Below, piece after piece: positions 22,252 to 33,019 of a DNA stretch of 64,000 bases. Position 1 is the stretch's first letter. Each line of letters starts with the position of its first letter. A program made the position numbers and the translations under genes. Under the pieces are notes generated by a model, which was not told the origin of the DNA, made no database searches, and saw only the letters and a program-made list of their open reading frames with translations. The DNA is taken from contig OZ038378.1 of assembly GCA_964036045.1 (NCBI GenBank), forward strand, positions 53,878,001-53,942,000. The letters are read 5' to 3'. Origin of the DNA: Eutreptiella sp. 'Long Island Sound 2002' (Eukaryota > Protista > Euglenida).

Positions 22252-22440
22252 AGACACGGGTCATGACAGGGGTCTGTCTCAAGACAGGTTACCAAGACAG
22301 GTACTAAGACAGGGGGGCTGTCTGGCGACAAGTTACCAAGACAGGTAGTAAGACAGGGAGGTTTCCGGCGACAACCCCCGTGTCTTAGTACCTATCTTGG
22401 TAACCCGTCTTAAGACAGACCCCTATCATGACCTCTGTCT
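22252..22440. repeat. ~190-bp fold-back: ~70-bp inverted arms built from AAGACAG motifs
   Basis: GGTCATGACAGGGGTCTGTCTCAAGACAGGTTACCAAGACAGGTACTAAGAC (from 22259) pairs with 22382-22433 with 4 mismatches in 52 bp. Pairing extends to about 22252-22322 versus 22370-22440. Confidence 0.85.
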
Positions 22441-22486
22441 GATTAACATGTCTTGAACACGGTGCGTCAGCCAGTTATGGGTTTCA

Positions 22487-23925
22487 TTGCCTGCCTGGTG
22501 TTGCATTATCATTGACAGGAAAATGGCCTCTGGCAGCCTGTCCAACATTCTTGACACCCTGTGCTCTAGTGTGGCCAAGCTCCACTTGGCACCTACTCGG
22601 ACTTTGTCCAACCGATTGCGCCATGAGTGCTTGCGCATGCTAGAGAAAGCCGCCACGGCAATTTTGCGGGAACCCACCAAGATCATCACGGAGACCAAGG
22701 GGAATCACACCCTGCGGTTAGAGGGGCATTTTGCGGACTGCGATGAGAGTGAGGAGGAGGCTGTTTTGTTGATGGGCCAGTTCCGAAAGACGAAAATTTC
22801 TGTCCGCAAGTTGGACAAATTCCCCAGGACATGTAGGGGGGCCACCCTACGACGGGTGCGCCAAGCCCTCATCCCCTACCGGTCGAAGCCGGTGGTGTTC
22901 AAGCCCAGTGTGGGACGGGCTCATTGCGGGGCCCTCTTCAACCTCCGGAGCGTGGTGGAGCAACGTATGAAGTTGCACTACATGCAAGAACCCCCAGGCT
23001 GCATACCTCCGAAGTTTCGTACTGTCATTTGTGTGGATGCCACCCCTTTTTGGAAGGCAAGTGCCACACGTGGGGACGTGTACATCGACTTAGCAGATAG
23101 TACACGCAGCGCAGGGAGGCCTAGTTTATGGTCCCCGTGGTTTACGTCCGATGGATCAGATAATTTCGACCCCTTGCGTCTAGCCGACAAATTGGTGCCA
23201 CTAGATACCCAAATGGTTGGGCTACAACGCAATGGGATTGCCACTCCCACCCTGACCGTTCAGGTGGAATGTTTCTTAACGGGAGATGGGAAAGGGATGT
23301 GCGCTGGGCACACGAAACTTAAATGCTATTGTTGGCATTGTGACCTCACATTCGAGGACTTTGGAGCTGACAACCTCCGCCCTAGTAATTTTATAATTTC
23401 CATCCCATGGGGGGCGTTCCTCCCCTCCATACCCCCACAACGTCGTGTTGGAGACATGGTGCATTGCTGTTGTAGAATAGTAAATGCAATTTTCATATGC
23501 TTATGCTCGGAGGGACGGATTTCACAAGCTCGTGCCCTCGGCCCTTTGCTGCGGAGTGTAGGGCAATCCGTGGTGCAAGCAGCTGCCCACATCCCGTCCG
23601 AAATCAGGGACGCACCGAGGCCTACTAAGGACAGTAATTTTGATTTCGCGGGGAGAACGTGGTTTGCCCGAGTTTAGGCGAACCACGCAAAAGTTGTGCG
23701 GCTTATTCAACAGCATGTGGGGCCTTAAGAGCGTTTGGTTGTAGGCCGGAGAAGCATCCCCTTGCATGCCGTGACCCAGTGCATTCTCGTAAATTTGTGG
23801 TATATGGAAAAGTGTTTGTCGAACAAGATTGGTTTGACCAATAAGGAGGTGGAGTCGTATAGGCGGGCTGTGGGGCAGCTTGGCAATGATTAGCGTGTGT
23901 TGCAACGGCAACCCACCGTGTGGGT
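22487..23925 (+). pseudogene. RAG1/Transib/Chapaev-like DDE transposase, 3' part disrupted
   Basis: The 396-aa ORF has VICVDAT (first D), FLTGDGKG (second D), CYCWHC and VGDMVHCCCRI, in the order of the RAG1 core (D, GYDEK, CTLC, DALH). The frame continues past stops to QPTVWV, comparable to TNYFH, and then meets a repeat at ~23930. The catalytic E region was not found. Confidence 0.6.
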
Positions 23926-24162
23926 AACGGGGGGCGCTCCTAGTCGGGACCCGACCCCAAGGGGGGGCGGGGGTGGGGGGCTCTACGGACCCCAAAATTG
24001 TCGCACGGAACAAATGTGCTTTGTCGGCGCCGGAGGCGCCGGAGATTTTGTTTTAGGCGTACGGTAGGGGGAATTTCTTTTTGTTCCACCCTATGTATCT
24101 ATACTAAAAACACTCAGCATTTCGTGGAGAATTCAAAATTTGCCGAAAAGCACACGGTAGCC

Positions 24163-24375
24163 TCCTTGCCAACTTGTGGGCCACTTCTGCCCCCCGCTCT
24201 GCAGCGCATGGGATCCCCTAGGCAGCAGGGGTCATGTAGCCACCTGGCCCACAAGTGGGCCACTTCTGTTTTTGTCCCCCTCTCTGAAGCGGAGGGGATC
24301 CCCCAGGTGGCAAGGGTTATGTAGCCACCTCGCCCACATGTGGGCCACTTCTGATTTTGCCCCCCGTTGCGCCGC
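24163..24375 (+). repeat. 85-bp repeat family (GTAGCCACC...GTGGGCCACTTCTGATTTTGCCCCCCGCTCTGAAGCGGAGGGGATCCCC), about 2.5 copies
   Basis: GTAGCCACC at 24236 and 24321 (85 bp apart). Confidence 0.85.
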
Positions 24376-24693
24376 CGGCCCTGCCCGCTGTTCTCCCTGC
24401 TCTTCTCTCTGGGCCAAACCAGTGTAGTAGTAGTAGTAGTGGCAGTAGTAGTAGCAGCAGCTCCGCCACCAAAGCCCCCTCCAGTACGAGTGCATCCTCT
24501 AGCAATAGTGCCCCGTCAGGCACTAGTGACTATGTGCCATCGGAATCCATGTCTGATGGGCCGACAGCCTGCCGGGTCACAAGATCACAAGTAGCCCGGC
24601 CAAAGAAGCGTGCTCGCCCCAAGAGTACCGACAAGAGGGCACGTGATGAGCGGGAGGATGATTGTGATGCTTGAGGCTCCTCCCCTCCCTTCG

Positions 24694-24695
<2 letters not shown>

Positions 24696-24732
<37 letters not shown>
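24696..24732. repeat. (CT)n-(AT)n microsatellite
   Basis: Directly visible. Confidence 0.95.
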
Positions 24733-25349
24733 GTATGTGGCTCCCTTCGCTTCTCTATATATATGTCTGTGGTTTGTGAGAAGGGGAAGGGAACGCCTTT
24801 GGGCGAACTCCCGGCAACATTCGGTACTGCTATGAAAGTGCTGCATCACCAATCTTAGTGCGTCCAGTTAGCTTTGTGTGTTTGCGCGCTTGGACGGGGC
24901 TTGACGGAAAAGTTGCCGGGTTTGGGTCAACGGAGGGGGGGGGGATGGGGTGCCCCCCCCCCCCTGGAGCCCCCCCCCCCCTACAACCCCCCAAACTGTT
25001 GAAATCCCCTCGGGGTCACACATTGACTGGCGGCCGCCCCCGTGGTGTGGGTACATTGGACATTTGTCCATTTTGGCTGGTTTGCGGCCGAGTGCTGCAA
25101 TTTTTATATTTTTTCCAGCACCCTCACCGAAAGGCGGAACGTGCAGTTCAAGATGGACATTCGCCATTCATTTCTAGGTTCTGACATATTGCGCCCCTAT
25201 TTTAGTGCATGGGCATTTACCCACGTACTAGAGTTTGATGCCCTTGGCGTGGACTTGCAGATGTGGCATGCGTTGCATGACACAAAGGACAAGAAGCCGG
25301 CACATCGGACGACGAAAGGCAAAAGGAGATGAATGAAATCCAAAATGTT

Positions 25350-25505
25350 GCTTGACGACAGGGCTGTGGGAAAAGTGCCGAGACAGGGGGCTGTCTTAGG
25401 ACAAGGGATCGCGACAGGTGTCAAGACAGGGGGGTGTCGTAGGACAGCTAGACCCAGACAGAGGGGGTTTGTCGTGAAGACAAGGGCTATCCTGGGGTTG
25501 TCGTG
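25350..25505. repeat. GACAG/TGTCG-rich short-motif array
   Basis: Repeated AGACAGGGGG-TGTC motifs, similar to 22252-22440. Confidence 0.65.
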
Positions 25506-28299
25506 TGATTTTACGAAATGGACACGGCGTGTGTGCACATGGCGGCACCGGTGTCCACAGGGTCCCCTTGGCATAGGGAACATGTTTTAATGCCTAAAAG
25601 TCATAGGATGTGAGGCGATATGGTGGAGGAATACGTCCCTTTGGGGGGTTGTCCGCCTCGTCCTGTTTGGCTGCACCTCATGGCGGCGTGACCTACGCCT
25701 TAGCAACACGATCCGCTGCGCGAGGATCCCGGCAGGGTGCAATGCGGGTGGTGGCTGCCGCTGGCCGTGCAAAGGCAGCGTCCCCGCCGATACAACCCAA
25801 GGCTGCTGCCCTCTAGGCCCTGCTGCCTTCGAATACGGCGGTGCAGCCGCACCGCTTTTACCAGGGTGAGTCCCGGGACACGATCGAGGAATGTGGCATC
25901 CCCGAAATCACGCCGGGGCGACACCCGGCAGAGTGGAAACAATCCTCCCAGGAGGGAGGCCTACGATGGGTGGCCTTGGTGGGCTGCACAATCCACGAGG
26001 CCCACCTTGCGAGTGCGGCCGCCATTGCGGCGCATGACGGCGTGCATCGGGTCAGGGCGCTAGTGCACGTTCAGGGTAGCAGCAAAGCGGCCCCCGCAAA
26101 GGCAAACCTGCTACAGGCTCTCCGCAGCTCGAAAACTAGCCCTGCGATGCCGGCACATACCTGCAGGGCGTGGTCCGGACCAAGCGCCAGCCCTGGGAGA
26201 CAACCGACCCGGGGGTGGTGGACCCCTCTTCGCCAGAGCACATATTGCAACTCGTTTGGGAGCGTCTCCCGGACAACGACCTGTGGGAAGCGGCCGAGCT
26301 CCCGGATGTGGACTCCGCAACGCTCGACACCTTGCCGTCCACAGTTAGGGTCGTCTGCGTCCGGGACTCAGCGGTTCTGTTGGATGGAGACGTGCGCTGC
26401 CTCCATGTGGGTGCTTTCGGCAAAGACCACGCATGGCGTCACCGCAAACCGCGGATGGGGGCAGCCCTGCCTCAGCCCCCGCCAATGCAAGCGGCGGTCC
26501 GGGGGTCGAGGGTCGAGTTCTCAGCATATGTCCCGACAGAGGTGGGGCCGCTTGTTATGCGCGCTAGCGGCAAGGCCCGGGGCGTCCACTTCCGGCCGTG
26601 GATCGTCGCCGGCACATTGTGCCAGTCTATACGCCCACAGCCCACGAGGGCGCCCTGCGGCGAGGTGATGGCCCTGCTTCCCTCTCGATGGAGGGAACCA
26701 GCTCGGGTGGTGGCAGGGGGGCCCACTCTGGTGTGGGGTGGTGGCGGGGTGGCGTGGGACTCAGCCGCCGCGGCGTTGCCGCTGTCCCCTGCGCTTGGCG
26801 CAGCCAGGGCCGTGTCAAGGGAATCCCCCCCCCCCCCCCCCCCGGGACGGGCGGTGGCCACGAACCAGGCCAGCAGGGCGCGCCGACTAACCGGGGACGG
26901 CTAGGAAGAAATGTGGTGCGGCAAGATGCCACGCCTGCTAGCCCCCCCCCCCCCTCCTGCCCAATGCCCTGGCCGCCTTGCGACGTGCCGCCGGCGTCCT
27001 TTGCCCATGGCACGGAGACCGCGAGGACGGAGCCAGGGGTGAGGGCGCGGGCACAACGCCCCCCCCCCCCCCACTTCTATAGAGCCGGCGGCGGCACCGT
27101 GGCCTCGCCTTGCTGCGGTGGTGGTACGGTCAAGCCGCCCAGGTGTACCCCGCCCCCCACCAACGCCGGGGGCCAGCACCACCTGTGCCCTTGCCCCCCT
27201 TGAGGAGCTGAGCCCTAGTGTCCTGCGCCTCCAAGATCTCCTTGCCGCGGCCTACAATCGGTGGTGGCATACCCACCACCAGCGCGTGCGCGGCCCTGTC
27301 TGGCTGTCTGCCGTCCAAGGCCCCGATGGCCCCGAGTTCGGGACCAAGGGGGCCATCGTTGACCGGGCCGTGCAGTGGAGGTACCCCCGGGTCCTCTTCG
27401 CGCGCGCCCCCCGGCTGGACGCCCGGAGCGCCGACCTCCCCTACACATGGCCTTGGTACCTGGCGCCACTGTGGGAGGACGAGACAGGTGCGCCGATGTG
27501 GCGGCTGACCCGGCACGGCTGCGTGGTGCGTTGCCCCCCCCCCCCCCCCCCCCCGAGTGCTGGCACCTCCGCCCACACCGCCGCTGCCTCACCCTCTTCG
27601 AGGGAGAGACGGCCGCCGGCCGGACCCACACCGTGGCAGTGGACTAGTGGGGCCGGGTGTGGGATAACGACCCCGCCCGCAAGCCCCCCCACCCCGACCC
27701 CGCGCCCTCGGCTACCTGGCGGGAGGTGGCCGCTGAGGTGCACGCCCTGATCCCCCTACTCACGGACACCTGGTGGGCCGCCATGCTGGAGCAGGGGGAG
27801 GTCTGCGCCACAGCCCGTTGGCTAGATATCCTCCACCGCATGGACCCCGGCCCCCACCGGGACCTCATGCACGAGGTCAGACCCGGAGCCCGGGCCCCTT
27901 GGCGAGGGGTGGGAACACGGCCGACCCCCCCCCCCCCCGCGCCGCGTCTACCTACCCCCCCCCCCCCCCCCGCCGCTTGCCGATGGCGGACCGCCGCGTC
28001 GTTCCACGCCGCCTCCCCCGCCTCCCGGCGCGCGCGCCCACCTTGGGCCAGTGACCTCCGCCGACCGCCGGACCTCGGTGATCGGGCCCGTCAGGCCGAG
28101 GAGCGATGGCTGACTTGCAGGCATGCGTTGTTCGTCCCCCCTCTGACCCCTCCCTTCACGCACCCTGACCAACGGCAGTTGAGTTCGTGTGTGGGCCGGG
28201 TGCTTCCCCCCATCCCCCCCCCCCCCCGGGCTAGGGCGACAGTGGCTCCACTCCTACCCCCGCCTCAGTGGGCTGCCGATGGCACCTCCCCCCCCCGTC

Positions 28300-28341
28300 T
28301 TGCTGCTGCGCTGCGGGGACGTGGAACCCCACCCGGGGCTA
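28300..28341 (+). other. 2A-like (StopGo-like) peptide motif LLLRCGDVEPHPGL immediately before the APE domain
   Basis: Translated in frame with the endonuclease start. It resembles GD(V/I)ExNPGP with N to H and the final P to L. Confidence 0.65.
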
Positions 28342-28759
28342 TTGCGTGTGGCGCATTCCAACGTCACGTCCCTGTGCCTGCACTAGCACACGGTCGCCAG
28401 TGGCGGGTGGACGCGGTGCTGCTCTCCGAGATCCGCCTCACCGCGGTCGCACAGCAAGTGATGCACGGATGGCAGGCTTTCTGGGGGGCTCCCCTAGAAT
28501 CCGGGGGGGGGGGGGGGGGGCGTGGGGCATGTGGGGTGTGCCGGCTGCGGGGGGGGGTATTAGTACACCAGGGCATTCCCACAAGACAAGTCGTCCCCAA
28601 GGGGGTCCTTAAGGGACAAGATTTTTTTTTAAGGACCCCCCTTAAGCATCGCCCCTAGAGGCCTTTTTGCCCCGGCCCAACGTGGGCCATGTCTATCCCC
28701 CCTTTTTGGGGACCACCGAGAAAGCAGGAGTTACGTAGCAATTCCGCCCTCTTTTGGGC

Positions 28760-29318
28760 ACCACTTCTACTTCTGCCCCCCGCTCTGAAGCGGTGGGGAT
28801 CCCTCAGGCGGCACGGCTTACGTAGCCACCTTGCCCACAAGTGGGCCACTTCTGATTTTGCCCCCCGCTCTGAAGCGGAGGGGAGCCCTGAGACGGCAGG
28901 TGTTACGTAGCCACCTTGCGGACAAGTGGGCCACTTTTGAATCTGCCCCCCGCTCTGAAGCAAAGGGGAACCCCGAGGCGGCAAGGCTTTTGTAGCCACC
29001 TTGCCCACAAGTGGGCCACTTCTGATTTTGCCCCCCGCTCCGAAGCGGAGGGGATCCCCGAGACGGCAGGGGTTACGTAGCCTCCTTGTGGACAAGTGGG
29101 CCACTTCTGATTCTGCCCCCCGCTCTGAAGCGGAGGGGGACCCTGAGGCGGCAAGGGTTACGTAGCCACCTTGCCCACAAGTGGGCCACTTCTGATTTTG
29201 CCCCCCGCCCTGAAGCGGTGGGGATCTCCGACACGGCAGGGCTGCCGTAGCCACCTTGCCCACAAGTGGGCCACTTCTGATTTTGTCCCCCGAAGCGGAT
29301 GGGATCCCCGAGGCGGCA
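28760..29318 (+). repeat. 85-bp tandem repeat, about 6.5 copies
   Basis: GTAGCC anchors at 28822, 28907, 28992, 29077, 29162 and 29247. One further copy lies in the opposite orientation at ~29826-29925. Confidence 0.92.
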
Positions 29319-29319
29319 C

Positions 29320-29820
29320 ACGAACACGAGCTTGCCTCAACCCAATCCTCCACTGTAGCACTAACATTGCACTCAATTCCTTTGAATCGTGTTTGCACGT
29401 CTTCAATCAAACTGCGAAGAAACTTCATCCGGCTACCCTTGCTGAGGCTACCTCCTATGTCAACACCCAACGATTCCTCTCACCCACCCGGAATGACATG
29501 ACGCATGGTGTGCAACAGCTGTTGGCACATCGCGTTCGTCAAAGGCTGCACGGCGGTGACCCGTGCCCCCTTGGTCGCTTGAACGTTCTTGCTTGTGGCA
29601 CAAGCCACAGCAAAAACATCGCAAAAAAAGGCCGCCGTGAACTTGAAGAGGGGCTGCGAAAGTGCCTCGAACAAGCCCTGGGCCTTCTCCCTACACCCCA
29701 GGTTAGCCTCATGATCAATGTACTCGGGCAAGTGTTCCAGAACAGCAGGCAGGTTCTCTAGCACAATATCAAGCTCGTGGCACATCGCTTCCACCCAATG
29801 CACACCAGTGCGGCGGGAGA
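29320..29820 (-). pseudogene. hAT-like transposase, central segment
   Basis: HWVEAMCHELDIVLENLPAVLEHL..KAQGLFEALSQPLFKFTAAFFCDVF..SKNVQ and, after a stop, FLRSLIEDVQTRF. This matches the (T)RW..L..D..L..S..Q..L..RF pattern of hAT transposases. Confidence 0.6.
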
Positions 29821-29929
29821 AACGGCTGCGTGGCTACGTAACCCCTGCCGCCTCGGGGATCCCCTCCGCTTCAGAGCGGGGGACAAAATCAGAAGTGGCC
29901 CACTTGTGCGCGAGGTGGCTACATATCCC

Positions 29930-30551
29930 CTACGTGACGGCTACGGACTTTGGCCAAACCACGGAGCGCATGTGTGAGACGCCGTGGGTAAGGTGCAATG
30001 GGGAGGCACCAGAGGATTGGGGGCCCTTTGAGGTTTTTGATGATTTGCACAAGACCCCTTCCGCCCGCGCAAACAGAAGCAATGGCATGCGGTTGAGGTG
30101 GAAGATGGTGGTTTGCTTGGGTTTCCTGCTTTCAAGGATTTGCCAATTTTTTTTGAAGAGGACGGTCAGGCAGAGGTTCAGTTGGACATTCAAGATTTGT
30201 GGGTTGTCCCCAAGAGAGCAACACGTCACACCAACATTGGCGATGTGTATGGGGTTGGGTTGGAGGGTGAGGACGAAGACAGTGAGGACGAGGATTTGGA
30301 GCACCCAGGTGAATTTGGCAGTAGCGCCTCTTCTGACCTTCGTAACCCATTAGCTGTCCCCTCTACCTCTTCTAACTGTGCCGCGCCGTTGATGTTTGCG
30401 TATGATGCGGACGAGGCGGTGTTGAAGGCAATGGAGAGGGGGAAATTGCATGAGTGGACTAAAGTTGAGGTCAAAGCCATTTCTAGGAAGCATGGTTTGA
30501 GTCAGCGGGGGGAACGTTGAGCTTATGGAGCGTGTCAAGGTGCACTTCTAG
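29930..30551 (+). pseudogene. Probable hAT C-terminal segment with an acidic linker and a SAP-like domain
   Basis: ERMCETPWVRCNGEAPEDWGPF resembles the end of the hAT dimerization region. KLHEWTKVEVKAISRKHGLSQ-GNVELMERVKVHF (one frameshift) resembles a SAP motif. Confidence 0.45.
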
Positions 30552-33019
30552 AGGTTGTACCAGCTGTAGGGGGTTTGTTATCAGATGTGCCACAGGCGAT
30601 GGAACATTCGGTAGGTCGAATGCTGCGCCAATGGATTTGATTGAAAAAAGCATTGCTCTTGTTCATGTTGAATTGTGCAGGGTGTGAGGTAGGGTTCGGA
30701 CGCTATCATGCAACACATGTGGGGCTATGATCATATGGTTGTGTGCTTATACAAATTTGGGCCAGGGACTCACGGTCGAACAATTGGGAACACCGGGGTG
30801 AAGGCATGTACTGTCCGCCGGCTCTTTTGAAAATACCAGGTTCTGGAACAACTTTTTTTTTTGCGTTAAGGACCCCCCTGCTCCTCCCCCCCAAAGGAGC
30901 ACCCTGGAATGAGGCGGACTCCCTCGCCCACGGCCTATGGCACTCCACACGCTAGTGCCATGTCCTGGTGGGCCTAGGGCGGGGAGCGGATTCCGTGCAT
31001 GCCCAAGCAGCTTACGGCATCTCCTCCCAGCCGGCCCTCACCCGGGTCCTCCAGGACCATGCCACACAGTATGTGGCGCGCCATGGGGCGGCCCCCCAGC
31101 TGGTGGGGGGGGGGGGCTTCCACTTCGACCTCAACCTCCTGCTGCCCCCCCCCCCCGTTTGTCCTGGCATCCCTCCTGGCTTGCCGGCCTGTGAACGCGG
31201 ACTTTGAACTGGCGTCCGCCTTTGGGCGGGACCCTCTCTGCTTGTACCAGGGCCCGAAGGGCACGCGCCCCTCGCGCATAGATGGGCCGCTGGTCGACAT
31301 GCGGCTAGCGGCACTGCTCCACGCAGCGGAACTGCTACCGCGCAGGGCCATCCCTGGCCACACCCCGGTGCGGTTCGGCTTGCACCTGAAGGGTGCGTCT
31401 TTGGGGGCTGGTGAAGTTCATCCGCCCCAAGCCCGTTGAGCTCCCCCAGCGAGAGGAAGAAGAGCGGCTCCTCTTTGTGCAGGACCTCCTGGACCCCCTG
31501 GAGGCCGGTTGGAAAGCGGCCCTATCCACGGGGGACGTGGACTAGGCTTGGGTTTTCTGTACCATGGCGCCGGGGGAAACCCTCCGCGCCCTTGCCTGCC
31601 CGGACATTACCGAAGATTCCCTCCTGGCGGGGGCCGCCTTGCCGCTGGCCCCCCCGCACCTGCCCTGGGGCAAGGGAACCGACCAATTGCCACACGAGGT
31701 GCACCTCTGCCCCAAACAGCGCCAAGACACCGGGGGGCCGCTCACCTGCCCCCTCACGTGCATGAAGGCGGCCCAGGACCCCCTCGGGAACGTTCTCCGA
31801 TGGCTGAAGCGGCCGGCACGTGGCGTGGGCGCCGCGCCGAGCGGGGTGCGGCATGCGTGGACAGCGCTTCGACGCCGCCTCGAAGGACTCCGCGCACTGG
31901 GCCTAGAGTATACTGACCTGGAGCTCGGGGGCACGCATGACCGGCTAGCCCCATTGGAGTCGCTCAGCCGCTTCCACACGACGCTGGCGGGTAGGCTCCG
32001 GGCCACACTTTGGGCGGAGGACCAGGGCCACCTCCGCGAGTGGCGCGTCTGGTTGCAGGTGACGTGGACCTCGGACCAGGGGGCAGTGTACCGGTGGCTA
32101 AAGGATGATATCTATGCCCCGCCGGTCACCTTCCTCTCCAGGCCGGAGGGCACAGCCACATCCAACCCGGTGGAGATGGATGGCCTGTTGCAGGACGCCT
32201 AGCGCCCGATAAACCGCAAGTATGCGACGGACGCTAAGCCGGATCCCGCGGCCTTCCTCCGCTGGTATGGGCACCATGTCCGGCAAGTCCCCATGCTTGC
32301 CTCGTGGCTGGACGGCCCCCGCCTGGTAAGGGGTTCTCCTGCATGAAGCCCTCGGCATTGGGGCTAGACAGGTGGAGTTTGGCCGACCTCCACTCCCTCC
32401 CCGATAGGCTCCTAGGCTGGCTGGCGGATCTCTTGCCAGAAGTGGACCGCCTGGGCAGGTGGCCGGCCCGCCTGGCCGAGGCCTACAGAGCCCTCATCCC
32501 CAAAGAGGGCCCGCCGGGGCCCCTGAACACCTGCCCGTTCACGGTCCTATACATGGTCCACAGACTGTCTGCGGGTGTGCGCTTGGAGGATGCCATTGCC
32601 TGGCACGAGTCCTGGGCCCACCCGGCGGCCTTTGGCTTCCCCCCAGCCAGGAGTGCTCTGGATGGGGCGGCGGTAACGGAGGTCCTTTTGGAGTTGTGTC
32701 GCCTCCGAGGGTGGGCAGTGGCGGGGATGAGTATCGACTGCATCAAATGTTTCGGTCTCGTCCCCAAGAGGTCGTGTTGGCCCTGGCGTTGGAGCTGGGC
32801 ATGGACCCGGCTACATGCCGTGCCCTCGGAGCCATGTACAAGTAGCTCCGCCGGGCCTTCAAGGTCGTCGGGGCCCTCGGCCTGTGGTGGCAGGCCACTA
32901 ATGGCATCCTCCAGGGTTGCCCCTTGTTGGTGATTGTCGTGAACGTGCTCACCACAATCTGGAAATAGGAGGTGGACTCCCTTCGCCGGTAGATGTGCGC
33001 GCGGACGGCCGCCCTCCCC

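Larger units (their letters stand above)
28601..30877. mobile_element. ~2.3-kb insertion in the LINE endonuclease, bounded by 12-bp inverted repeats and containing hAT transposase remnants
   Basis: GGGGGTCCTTAA at 28601-28612 and TTAAGGACCCCC at 28629-28640 and 30866-30877. The LINE reading resumes after 30878 (PPKGAPWNEADSLAHGLWHSTR). Confidence 0.65.
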
